From NCBI GenBank assembly GCA_951406725.2, contig OX597826.1:50964001-51028000 (forward strand): a stretch of 64,000 nucleotides of DNA, in the 5' to 3' direction. The stretch is from Octopus vulgaris. Lineage: Eukaryota. The notes beneath the pieces are model-generated. The model did not search any database, was not told the DNA's origin, and was given only the letters and a program-made list of their open reading frames with translations. The position numbers and the translations under genes are program-made. Shown piece after piece: positions 15,283-28,591 of this stretch (positions are counted from its first letter, which is position 1; each line of letters begins with the position of its first letter).

Positions 15283-17113
15283 ATATATGTATATATGTAT
15301 ATATCATTAATCTTCACAGTTCTTATTCGATTCTTTTGTATTTTCCTCCCTTTTTTTTTTTGCATAATTAACATTGATTAAAAAAAAAAAATATTCTAAG
15401 AAATGGGTGGGTATTAATTCTTTTTTTAACGATCCTTTTTTTTTTATTTATTTATAAATTTAAGAAATATGTTTTGATGATATAGTGTGGGGTGGGTGGG
15501 GTGAAAAAAGAATTGAGGGATCATTTTGTGATGTTGGAGCGATGTTGCTTTGATCCCTCACTATATGGCCATTATATGGGTAAAAAACACTCTCAAGAGT
15601 TGCGTACGCTTAACTAAATATGGTAGTTTCCGCGAGGAGAGAGAAAATGATCGACTTTCTGGTTCTATGTCTATTCCTGAAACCAGAAACAATCAGGCAC
15701 AGTAGGAAGAGGAAACTTCTAGTGTCTAATTAGTTGTATATACAATGGCTTTTGAGTACGCCGATTGTTGTAGCTTTTCAAGCCGTATATTTACGCAAAT
15801 AGCAACTTGCGTCTTTCTACAGCTGACAATAGAACCAAACACGTCACTCAGCGTATTAGGAATGGCTCTGCCAGACCCTCTCACCGTCCGTCTATCCTCT
15901 TCCTCTATATATTTTCTCTCTCTCTCTCTTTGGTTTGTATATCTGTCTCTCTCTCTCTGTATATCTGTCTCTCTCTCTTGCTCTTAGCATCGCATTCTCT
16001 GTATAATCTGTCTCTTTCTCTTTGCATCACACAGTCTGTCTGTCTCTCTCTGTATATCTGTCTCTCTCTGTATATCTGTCTCTCTCTCTGTATATCTGTC
16101 TCTCTCTTTCTCTTAGCATCGCATTCTCTCTATAATCTGTCTCTTTCTCTTTTTCTTTGCATCACACAGTCTGTCTCTCTCTCTCACTCATACATACGAT
16201 ACACAGATACAAAGCTGTGTTTATAATGAAGTCAAGAGGTATCCCACGAAGTGAACTGGCATCTTTATTTCTTGCTGAGAGAATCGTTATGTTTATCCTT
16301 CACCAGTCTTCTTGTAAGAAGCGGAAGACAGAGGTGTGTGTGTATGTGTGTTTGTTTGCGATGGTACTGGAAATTCGGTGGATGAATTCAAAAGAGATAT
16401 GGTGATTGAAAGAGAGAGAGAGAGAGAAGAGAGTCTGGGGAACAGTTGATATACAGAATATGATTGAATAGAGAGGGTGGGGGGAAACCTGCTGTGCAGT
16501 GTAATATAAAATAAGTAGAGAGGGGGAGAGCACTAACAGCTGTTAGTTGTGCACTCTATAGTAGCCTAGTATTATTGTGTTGGCGGATCGTTTTGCTCAA
16601 AAATTCTGCAGTAACAACCACAATTGCACATCACTGCTACAACTCGCCACAGATCTCTGTTCTCCTCCCCCCGTCGTTTATATATTTTTTGTCAATATAT
16701 CTACTAATTAGTAATGGTACTCGTTATAGTTTTAATTAATCTTCTGATATTTTATAATGCAGCGACTTTGCTTGCACCGGGCACCAAAATAAATACCAAC
16801 TACTTTCAATTTATTTTCTTACATGAAATGTTTGTATTCACCTGTTTATTTACACACACACACACGCGCTTATTTATATATACGCACATGTGTGCGTGTG
16901 TGTAAAGAAAATGTTAATAGTGACTTCGAAGTTTTGGTTTGCTTACCATCGTCGATGTTACGACAACTTTATTTTTTGTATAAAAGAAAAAAAAGTACTC
17001 TTCTGAACAGTACTGAGTGATCGTTCTGTTTATTGTTTTTATACGTAACTTTACATTAAAATAAACATCACACACACACACACACACACACATGCATACA
17101 TATGTATATATAT

Positions 17114-17332
17114 CAGTGCTTTTCAACCTTTTTGCTGGAGCGAAACCCCAAGGAAACATTCCACTGGCTCGAGGAACCCCTGTGCAATAATTTAATTGTC
17201 TTATGCACACATATCTGCACAGGAGAATTAAAAATTACTGTCGATTTTAGCATTTTTGTAACTTCTTGCGGAACCCCTGGACTGTACTGGCGGAACCCTA
17301 AGGTTCCACAGAACCCTGGTTGAAAACCACTG
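17114..17332. mobile_element. hAT (Charlie-like) MITE
   Basis: TIRs cagtgcttttcaacc / ggttgaaaaccactg, 8-bp atatatat on both sides, internal ggaaccc repeats. Confidence 0.88.
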
Positions 17333-17361
17333 ATATATATGCAGATAAAACTATATATGTT

Positions 17362-17431
<70 letters not shown>

Positions 17432-17435
<4 letters not shown>

Positions 17436-17735
17436 GTGGCAAAATGATAGACATTTGGTAATCTGCTGTGCTTGAGTAGAAGACCCATCAAGCCAAATGA
17501 AATTGTAGTTGTGGCAGATACTAGTGTCATGCAAGTGGCACTCGTGCCAGTGGCAAAGCACCCATTACTCTCTCAGACTGGTTGGCAGTAGGAAGGGTAT
17601 CCAACTGTGGAAACCATGCCAAATCAGTCTGCTGTCTGGTGCAGCCAGGAGTCTGGTGCAGCCCCTCAGCTTACCACTCTGGTTAAACTGTCCAACCCAT
17701 GCCAGCATGGACAACGGACGTTACATGATGATGTT
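17432..17735 (+). mobile_element. SINE-like repeat with (ATG)n tail (family also at 20973-21455, 48300-48560, 49274-49505)
   Basis: Shared ttggc..taggaagggcatcc..ccaacccatgccagcatgga..atgatgatg. Confidence 0.75.
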
Positions 17736-18114
17736 GTGTATATGTGAGTATATGCATATATGTTTGAGTGTATATGCATATACGTATGTGTGTGTATGTA
17801 TATACATATGTATATATATATATATGTGTGTATATATTTGTGTATAAATATGTGTGTGTATATATATATATATATCGTTTCTATTATGCAAAAGTGTCGT
17901 AAGTCCAAAATGTTGCTTTTCCAGAAAACGAAAAAATAATTTCACCATTCCATAACAAAATCGTTTTACTATGCTTTGACAATTTTTGATGTCTTGGCAT
18001 CTAAAACAGCTGGAGATACGATAGTTTGACCAAAAGAACTGGCTATTGCAAGCAAAAATTTTGAAAAAAAAAATGCATTTGACCAAATTTGGATATATGA
18101 TAGTTTAACATAAT

Positions 18115-18163
<49 letters not shown>

Positions 18164-18346
18164 GCTGGAGTAACAGAGTGATTCAAGGTCTGAGAGTTTC
18201 GTGCATTGGCACTTATGAAACTAGTTTGATAAGTGCCAACACACAAAACTACCTGACCTTGAATCACTCTTTTACTTCTGCTAAATATTAATAACAATAT
18301 ACATATGCTCACATTTTGAGTTCTGTATTTCCTGTTTGCATCAACA

Positions 18347-18468
<122 letters not shown>

Positions 18469-18530
18469 ATAAAAATGGTAAGACAACAAAAGAAAGAAAG
18501 AGACCTTGATATTATGTAAATAGAGGAATT

Positions 18531-18591
18531 TATCTGTAAATGTAATATGTGACAATTGCTACCGAATAATTGTCACATATTACATTTACAG

Positions 18592-18594
<3 letters not shown>
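18531..18594. repeat. Perfect 27-bp inverted repeat with a 10-nt loop
   Basis: tatctgtaaatgtaatatgtgacaatt-gctaccgaat-aattgtcacatattacatttacagata. Confidence 0.95.
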
Positions 18595-18673
<79 letters not shown>

Positions 18674-20972
18674 ATATATATGGAAACTTGGGTGGTGGTA
18701 TCACACTCTACCATCCTAAATAAGTAAAAGGACATATTAATTTATATAGTTGTATATACCCACTACAAGTAGGCTGGTCATGTTTGGAACCCTTTTTTAT
18801 CATTCTTAGTAGGAAACATCATCATCATTGTTTTAATGTCTGTTGGTGCTTAGTTGTAGTTCAGTTCTGTTCAATGGAATTCCACCCCTTATCATGTGTT
18901 TTACTTTTTGTTTTCCCAGACATAGTATATCTAGGATTATATGATACAATATGTGCTTGCTTTGTATAAGACAGGTGTGTGTAACTTGAGAGAGAGTTGG
19001 CTGCTATATCTAGCAAAATGAAAGACTATTATGGCTTGCTTTTTTGCTTTTTGGCCTAGTTTGAGTGGGTCTGTGGCATGGCTTGGGGCTACTGCCATTC
19101 TACACAATTTAATATCATATTGTTCCTGAAATCTTGGAGCCACCCTCAATCACTTCTCCATATCTTTCCTCGTTTACTTCAAGCTACTCTTCCTTTCTAT
19201 TGTCCCTTTCCACTCCTTAGGTATTGCCCCCTCCATACATTACCACTAAAAGTTAGATGAACTGTCTACCTTATACACATTGGCTCAGCAGCTAACTATT
19301 TTCTTTGATTGTTTCTTGTGTCCAAGTATTTCAATATCATCCTGATTGAGTTGTTCCTCCCTGTTGATGTCATTGATGACTTCAAATGATCAATCCTCAT
19401 ATGAAACAGACAGGAACAAAAATGGCCATGAAGAGTTGACAGTGGGTGTGATTGCTAATTTAAGAAAATGAAAGGGCTATTTCCCTTGGCTATATATAAG
19501 GATCCCTTCCAGGGGCGAATTTCCCTTGGTTTTTAAAATATATTAGATATATATAAAGATCCCTTCCAGGGGCCCTATTATCGATTTTTTTTCCCCACAA
19601 TCTGAGTATGTCATGAGTTTTCCAGACATGAGTTCTACTCATGTGTCCAGTTTCATCAAAATTGATGAAACGACATAGGAGGAATTAGCTAACAACTCCA
19701 CAAATACACCTACTGACAGAATTTCCCACATATGATGTAGATTTCAAAAAATCAGTTCTTGTAACGATAGAGTGATGCTAGTTGGTGTAGTTCTGGGTTT
19801 CAGTTTCCCTTGTTTTACTTTCAAACCACTGGGAAAAAGCTATGAAATTGTCCATTTTGTTGTTAGAAAGAATAACTAGCTAAAGTCAACCCTCAGAATG
19901 GTTGGAATTGAGTCAGAAAATTCCAACTGTAAATCTCATTTCACTTGCACTCAGCCTTTAAGGCAAGTTAGTGTTGCCTACAAATCCATATTACGCTATG
20001 AGTAATTGTATGGTACAAGTCAAATTATCAGCATCTCTCTCTAATTTACATAGTTCCACTATTATTTATTTGTTTGTTGTTTGTATTTGTGACTCACTTG
20101 AACTGGATGACACAGTTTCTAGGGTTATAAACAAGAATAACATCTGATTCTGTTTTGTGACACCTGAAATTTAATGCAATTTTTTTTGCACTGTTTTAAC
20201 ATTGACTTTGTGAATTTTGCACAAGTATTAATGATAGTTCCAGGAAATCTAACCATTTTGTTGCCATATTTCTCTTGAAATACACTTTGTTTCAATTATT
20301 AATCTGGTAGACATGAAGTCCTGATGGAAAGTTTAAATTTAGATCACTTTAAAGGATGAAGTGTGTATTGTAGTACCAAGGATGGTCTCAGGTGGGTTGG
20401 TATCAATGGGGTTTAATATATTGCATTTAAATATAATTACTCTGTAGAGAAATGGCAAGCATTTGTGAAGCTCAATCTGTAATGAAGGCTTGAATTTTAG
20501 TTGAGTCAATTTATCTTACATTTTGTAGCTATTGTTGACATCTTTCTAAAGGGTTGGAATTTACTAAACCGATTTGTCCTTGATGTATTATTCAAAAGCT
20601 GAACTAGGGTTATATGATACAATATGTGCTTCCTTTATGTAAGACAGGTGAGTGTGACTTGAGGGAGAGTTGGTTACTATATCTAGCATTAAGGATTGTG
20701 GAAAATTTTATTGTAGTATTAGAGAAATTATTTTTCTTTGTTTTTGATACAGGATACATTTTCTTCTTGTTAACCTGGTTACTGGTTAAAAACCTCACTA
20801 ACAGAATTAAAATACTAAATTTACATGAAATGACACAGCTACAACCAAGTTTTAGTATAAATAGAAGCAGCCCCCTAAAACTGTTTGGTGACATGAAGCT
20901 TTCAACTTATGTTTCTATGGATGTTCCAATGGCAGGTGGAAATTTTAGATCCTAAAATCATATCAATGTCAA

Positions 20973-21455
20973 CATCATCATCATCATCATTGTCGTTTAA
21001 TGTCTGCTTTCAATGCTAGCATGGGTTGGACGATTTGACTGAGGACTGGCGAAGCAGATGGCTGCACCAGGCTCCAGTCTTGATCTGGCAGAGTTTCTAC
21101 AGCTGGATGCCCTTCCTAATGCCAAGCACTCCAAGAGTGTAGTGGGTGCTTTTACATGCCACCGGCATGAGGGCCAGTCAAGAGGTACTGGCAACGGCCA
21201 TGCTCAAATGGTGTTTTTTACATGCCACCTGCACAGTTGTAGCCAGTCCAGTGGCACTGGTAACGATCTTGCTTGAATGTTTTTTCACGTGCCACTGGCA
21301 CAAGTGCCAGTAAGGCGACACTGGTAACGATCACGCTCGAATGGTGCTTTTTACGTGCCACCAGCACGGAAGCCAGTTAGCCATTCTGGCAACGATCATG
21401 CTCGGATGGTACTCTTAGCGCTCCACTAGCACAGATGCCAGTCATCAAATTTGAT
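20973..21455 (-). mobile_element. (ATG)n-tailed SINE-like repeat with internal ~60-bp subrepeats
   Basis: (CAT)n at the left end; recurring ttttacgtgccac..gccagt..actggcaacgatc units. Confidence 0.8.
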
Positions 21456-22120
21456 TGGACAAAATTCAATGGAATGACAGTGAATAGAGATAGACAGTGT
21501 AGAATATTAATCTATCACAGACAAAATTCTCAGATGATCTGGTGCCTATTACTAACAGGTGGATTAACTGAGGCATGTCAAACACAGTATCCCACATAGA
21601 AACCTAATAAAATGTTTGCAGTGGATTTGAAGTTAAAAGATTTTCAATTCGCAGTTCAGTACCTTATTCACTCTGCTATTTTGTTACTACAAAATAATTA
21701 TAACCCATTATATATAATACTACATATACAGTATAATACTTATATATATATATAAATTATGCCAAGGACCTATTGTCCTTTAAGAGATGTTTGCATCCTA
21801 GTTCTCTGGTTTATACCAGTGTTCCATTGAAAACTGAATACTTTAGTTTTGCATTGGTGTATATTGGTATTTAAGTATTTATGAATGAGAAAAAAGAAGA
21901 AAATGGAGAAATTGGCATAAAGACATCAGTTTATTCAAAGATATTCCAATCAATATAAAATGGGATAAAAATTTCATTTTTATGAACTTATGTCTATACA
22001 TCAATTTCTCTATTTTCTTTTTTCTCACATATATATATATGTGATATACTATGATATAACTTGCAGATTATGGAAGTGTAGGTGATTGGGGTGAGAACAA
22101 ATGCGAATACGAATAAAATA

Positions 22121-23025
22121 TTGGGTCATCACATAAATAATGCGGTTTTTTTCATATTTCTTTTATTTGTCGAAATTAAGATAAACAAAGTTCTTTTTTA
22201 ATCTAAAATTTTCTCTCCTTCATTTTCTACAATGCTCTTCCATCTCTCTGGACTTGCAAGGCCCCTCTTCCTAAATTCACTTGTCCATGATGAAAAATAC
22301 TCCTCCAGTACTGTTCTGACCTCATTTACAGAATTCATATTTTTACCGTCCAAATGATTTTGAAGACTGCAGAATAAAAGATAATCAGATGGGGCAATGT
22401 CTGGTGAATATGGTTTGTGGAGCATCGTTTTCTGTTCAAACTGATCCAGCCTTTGGCATGACATCCTCACTGTATGTGGCCAAGCATTATCCTGATGGAA
22501 GAACATCTTTTGTCTTGAAACTGAAGATGGTCATTTTCTGATGGCACACAGGTGTCGATGAATGGTTGAATAACCAAATCCAAGCTTCTCTGCTAGTTCC
22601 TCAACAATTATGATGGAATTTCGTTCCACCAGGGTTTGCAGGATGTCCTCATCAAGTTTCCAGGATGAGGCACATCTTCTAGGCTGTAGTTTCCAGCTTG
22701 GAATTTCTGGAACCACCGTTGACACTGGCTTACGCTTATTGTCTGATCCTCATATACTGCAATAATATTCCTCACACTTTCTGTTGCATTATTAATATTA
22801 TGGAACTCATAAAGCAAAATATGTCAAATGTGCTCCTTTTTCACATTCATACTAGCTTTGAAAAAAATAACTGTTAAAATCAAACTGTACTCTTCAAAAC
22901 TTGCACTAAGAATAAGAGCAAGGTACCTGCTTTTATAGCAAGTTGATGCATGTAGTTTATACCGACCCTCTCTGTCTTTTAGTTCATGCAATTGAAAAAA
23001 CCACATTATTTATGGGATGACCCTA
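22121..23025 (-). mobile_element. Mariner family 2, internally deleted copy
   Basis: TA+ttgggtcatcacataaataatgcggttttt ... aaaaaccacattatttatgggatgacccta+TA; FHQDNAWPH and PYSPDIAPSDY motifs; ~360 bp missing relative to 2627-3906. Confidence 0.94.
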
Positions 23026-24121
23026 TATAAAGCCACTACTTGGTACAAATGACTTCTGTTTCATTTATCAAATGAGAGTTATATCTCTCCCTGGATATGT
23101 TGTTAGAATATTAAAATTTAATTTTCTCTTCAAGTTAAACTGAAGTTGGCTTTGCAAGCACTTCCATATTATAAACATTATTTAGCACTAGATTTAGAGT
23201 AGCAGAATGGCAAAATCCTGGGTGTGTTGGATAAATGCCTTGCTGTATTTGTTCTGGTTCATTGCATTCTGAGTTCAAATCCCACTGAGGTCAATAAAAT
23301 AAAGTACTAGTCAAATATTGAAGATGATGTAATTGACTGTTTTCTTCCTAGCAGATTTGTGACCTTATGTTAGAAGTATTGTTTAGCCCCAGATCAATCC
23401 TAATCAAGGAGGCCTTTATTCAAAAGCATTCCTGTCATAGCTATCTTATTCCCAGATATTATGTATCTAGAATAATTAACTATTGCATTCATCCATATTG
23501 CCATTGATAGTTTGCTATTTCTAGCACATCGACTGACTACATAGAAGCAGTCTCATTGGCTCATAGTATCTATTTAGGTGATATAAAACAATCTGCCCTC
23601 AGTTGGTTGTCTTTGATATCCTGATAGTCTCACATATCAACACTATCTTTAACAACTATATAATATTTTGACCCAAATCCAATAATTGTAAGTTAGCGTT
23701 ACCAAGTAATGAAATACTCTGCAGTTATACTGTGCTTCTGCTTCTTGCATCAGTGAACTGTATTTCTGTTTACTACTTATATTTAAGTAGAGAGACTGAC
23801 CCAGTTGAGTGGCATGTTTTGGTTATGGATATGATGATAGTTATTGACACTTCAACTGGAATTTAAAAACACAGTTTGATTTTAACTGTCTGTGTTGATG
23901 AGACCCTAGTTGCCTGAACCTAAGACTCATAGTTTGTTGAACCTCTCAGTAGTAATCCACTAAACTTTATCGATAGTCAAGTTACCTAACTCTCAGTTAC
24001 TAATTTTAAATAGTTGGAAACTGATACCACCTGAGAGTGTGCGTGTGTATGGTGTGTGCAAATACATGCATGCATACATATGTGTGTTTATATACATGTG
24101 TGTATATATGTATGTTTATTA

Positions 24122-24328
24122 TTTCTTTATTGCCCACAAGGGGCTAAACATAGAGGGGACAAACAAGGACAGACAAAAAGGATTGAGTCAATTACATTGA
24201 CCCCAGTGCATAACTAGTACTTAATTTATCAACCCCAAAAGGATGAAAGGCAAAGTCGACCTTGGTGGAATTTGAACTCAGAGCATAATGGCAGACGAAA
24301 TACCGCTAAGCATTTCGCCCAGCATGCT
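24122..24328 (-). mobile_element. tRNA-type SINE (family also at 32593-33050, 44812-44880, 51155-51365)
   Basis: B-box-like gagttcaaattcc on the minus strand; shared core ctttcatcctttcggggtcgataaattaagtaccag. Confidence 0.8.
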
Positions 24329-24329
24329 A

Positions 24330-24425
24330 TAGGGGAATTAGAATGAAAATTCCAGGCATGGAAGCTAAATCTAGATCAAGAGGTCTTGAGGTAAACTTAG
24401 CAAAGATAGAAGTTTTGGTAAGTAG
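24330..24425 (+). mobile_element. RTE-like RT micro-fragment
   Basis: Frameshifted GELE*KFQAWKLNL..RGLEVNLAKIEVLVS, resembling the WK..LE..GL.VN..K motif. Confidence 0.55.
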
Positions 24426-25611
24426 GAAAGATGGTTATGATGGTGGTGATGATGATGATGATGATATATACTTTGCTGTAAGTGATGAGAGCATTGTATT
24501 ACTAATAGATGTTTAATTAGTTTGCTGTGTGAAGTCTTCTTATAGAGAAAGAAACATACTACTTACAATCCCTACTCAATAACAGAATTGCCTATTAACT
24601 TTGAAGTAGTATTAAATCTAGGATAATAAGCTTCATGAGACCATAATACCTTCTTTTTAATAAGCAGACTTCCAGCTAAGCAGGTAGTCATTACACTTAT
24701 TTATAGATATGATTTGTGACACACCTTTTACTCAGAATTAACTCCTCATCTGTCTCACTGATGATGGGGTTGAGTCAAATTTTTCAAAAAAAAAAAAAAA
24801 ATGAGAAAAACTCCAAGAATACAAATCTAAATTTTTACATTTATTGTTATTTATTATTGTTTTTTTTTCCTTGCATTTTTTTTATTACAGAAATTTGTGA
24901 TCAAAGCTGTGATAATATTTTTTCTACATGACTATATTTGTTTTTGTATGCAAATTTGCAACACTTTTCTATGCAGATTGTAAATGCTGAGATATGCAAA
25001 AAATTACCCCCTATGTAGTAGCATGAAAAAAAAAGTAACAAAAAAATGAGTTGTTTCCAAGTTTGAAAGTAAAAGTCCGTAATGTATTTTATCTTGATTT
25101 AATTAAAAGCATTTTCTAAGTCAGTCATTTATCATAAATATGTAACCATAATGTTAGCAGTTTGAAGTTAATTTCATATGCCCAAATATAGTTTACATTG
25201 CTCAGAAGTTTTTATCAAATAGATTTGTATTATCATTCATCAGGTTTTGCATATTTTCATTATGCATTTTCTATATTTATTACTTAGTGATGCTTTTAAA
25301 AAGGAAAATTATTATCATATTTTGACTTGCAAATGAATTTCGCTATGGCATTACCATAGGGAAATAGGGGGAATGTATAGAGATGATGTTTTTGCGTTGC
25401 TTTTTCCTAACTGGTAATGACTTCTCACAGATGTTCTTGCAATTGTTAGATTAACTGAATTTCTTATTCATGAAATTAATGTGTCAGTGGCCGAGTATTC
25501 TACAGACACATGTATTATTAATACGATTCTCAGGCTGAATCATTAAGACACAGTGTGACAACACTGGATCCTTGAATTGCATGTGTAATCCAGAGAAGGA
25601 GAGAGAGATAG

Positions 25612-25684
<73 letters not shown>

Positions 25685-26916
25685 AGAAGTGACCCAACCA
25701 CTTGCCTGTTACTTCTTTATTTATCAACCCTGAAAGGACAAAAGCAATTGACTTCAGCAGCATTTGAACTCAAAATGCAGAGAACCAGAGTACCACATGG
25801 AGTTCTCTGTAATACTTTGATTCTGCCTGTTTGTTTCCTTGCCTTCTTATTTCATTGTACATTTGTTGTCTTATCATACTTTCATATTTACATGCAAATA
25901 TGAATGTAGCTTAAAATTTTGGGTATGAGAAGGGCCAGTGTGAAGTTTTGAGTTTTCATGCCTTTCCGCAAAGTAATTGTGAACCATGTGAAGGTAAATA
26001 TTAACTGAGTTTCTGATTCAACTTAACAAATTATTTCCTAATTTCTGAGATTTATCACCTTTGTAGATTAATAAGTGAATCATAAGCCAATGAGTAAGCC
26101 TCTATGTGGTCACTTGACATGCAGGAAATAGCAGCTAAATCGTTAAGCCCACTTCAGTGCTGGGTCCCCTTGTTTTTTTTTTCTTTTCTCTTTTGCAATG
26201 ATGCAACAGAGATGTGACTTGAAGTCACATCTTACTCCTTTCAACATTGAAGTTTAATCTCTGTCTCAAAAGCTGTGTAAGAGTCATCACTCACTGACTT
26301 GAACTGTAACAATCCACCTAACACATACCAGCATAGAAAAATGGATGTAAATGACGATGATGATGGTAACTTGTGCAACAAGGTAGTTGCTTGGTATTTA
26401 TTTTATTAATCCCCTGAGACATCAAAGCTTAGTTCAACCTTAATGTGACTTGAACTTCAACTCTGCTATTTTTGCCAATTCCCTGTTCATCAAAATATTT
26501 ATAATTTCAAAACTTCATTTTAATAACAAATAACAGGAAGAATTATAGACATTTTTTTTTATCCCCGGTGAGTAACCAAATCACATAGTAATGTGAAACA
26601 TATGATTATTTACCAATTAAATGTTACATTTATGAATATTAAATTATTTTTTTTGGAGTCATTTGGATTTTTGCAATGGTCGAAATAATTATCAAAGGAA
26701 TAAAATAAGAAAAATTAAATTAATTATGCAAAAGTAAAAGTGCAATGTAATATAAAGTTTATCTAACAGCTAACATCTGGTATATATATTTAATATGTAT
26801 ATTATATTAAATATGATAGTTTGCAAAACATCCTGACTGCAAAGACAAAGTAGATGACTTTTGGTTCACAGACATGTCAATAGAGGGCAAACTGGCAGAG
26901 TCATTAGAGAACTGGA

Positions 26917-27283
26917 TACTCTTTACTCTTTTACTTGTTTCAGTCATTTTGACTGCAGCCATGCTGGAGCACCGCCTTTAGTCGAGCAAATCAACTCCAG
27001 GACTTATTCTTTGTAAGCCTAGTACTTATTCTATCGCTCTCTTTTGCCGAACTGCTAAGTTACGGGTACGTAAACACACTAACATCAGTTGTCAAGCGAT
27101 GTTGTGGGGGACAAACACAGACACACAAACACAGTTTCTGTCTACCAAATCCACTCGCAAGGCTTTGGTTGGCCCGAGGCTATGGTAGAAGACACTTGCC
27201 CAAGGTGCCACGCAGTGGGACTGAACTCGGAACCATGTCGTTGGTAAGCAAGCTACTTACCACACAGCCACTCCTGCACCTAT
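26917..27283 (-). mobile_element. tRNA/CORE-type SINE (other copies near 41285-41672, 45010-45400, 47290-47610, 52380-52765, 59715-60050)
   Basis: Head gtggctgtgtggtaag..gttccgagttcagtccc, CORE-like accttgggcaagtgtctt, tail aaacaagtaaaagag. Confidence 0.85.
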
Positions 27284-28591
27284 AGTTTACTTTGTAGTAA
27301 CCATTCTGGCTCTATACACTCTGACTTCAAATCCTGTCTAGGTCAGCTTTGTTATTAGCCTTTTGGGGTCAATAAACAAAGTACCAGTTTTGTACTAGGG
27401 TCAATTCTTATTTCTGTCTTTCTCTCTTCTGGAAGAAATTGGTTTTGATCAGACCTGGATACACTCTTGCAGGTCTAAGAATGCTGGCACCCCTATGACT
27501 CCTTCAAAAAGCTGAGGGGCCAAGATGAGTTATTCCAGTGTGTCTGTATGAAGGTTACTTTACATTAGTCTAACATCCTTTCCAAAGGGATCTCTCGTGT
27601 CTTTTCTCTCCCCCACCCACTTCTCTCTTGCCTAATGCTTATTATAGAAATGAGAGAATCAAGAAGTATTATGATCAGCCCCAGTGGACACCCTAGATTC
27701 AAGGAATAGTTAACTTTAGCTTCTGCTACATGTACTTGATACAGAGACACATAAGATAAACAAAAATTTGATAATAATTTGCACAGTCATCTTGGGTGTT
27801 CTGATAGTCTATCTATTTCTCTCTAGTAAAAACTGCCAGCTATAACAAACAGTTAAGCTTGTAGAGACAAAATCATGTAATTCAGTATTAAACAAATCAA
27901 TAGAGATTAATTAGTAGTGGAAAATTACTGACTCCACTACTTGCTTTAGTCTATAGTAACACAACTTTCAGTTGTGGTTTAGCCCCAGGCCAGCTTTGAT
28001 CCAACAAAACTACATCCAGAAGCCTTCTAACCACAACCTTCTAGCCTGTTTTTCTTTCATTTTATTTTTTTTTCAGTTATTGCTTCACGGCCAGTGTTAG
28101 TTTGTTTATGACCCTGTAATTTAGCAGTCAATTTTTTTCAAGTAAACTCCTTCAAGGTGGTGCCCCAGCATGGCCACAGTCCAATGACTGAGACAAGTCA
28201 GATAAAAGACACTATATTTAGGACTACATCATCTAAAATGTGTTTTTCCTTCTTTATTAGTGATAGCAGGGTGTGATTTGCATGAATGTGACAAAACGGT
28301 AGTCATTGGAACATTGAATAAAATGCCATGTAAGTGTTTGTTCTGGCTCTCTGTGTTCTGATTTCAAATCCTACTGATGCCAACTTAGTCTTTCATCCTT
28401 TTTATTCAATGAGTTAAGTACCATTCGAGGTTGGTTGATTGACAGAATTATTAGAGCATAAAAGGAAATGGTTTGTTGTATCCATTCTGCCTTTTGGTAT
28501 CCTATGTTTAAATTTTGTTTCCTATCATCAGCTTCTTGGTAGTTGTAGAAATTGAACTCACAATCCATAGTCAGAGAAGTTTGTAGGACTC

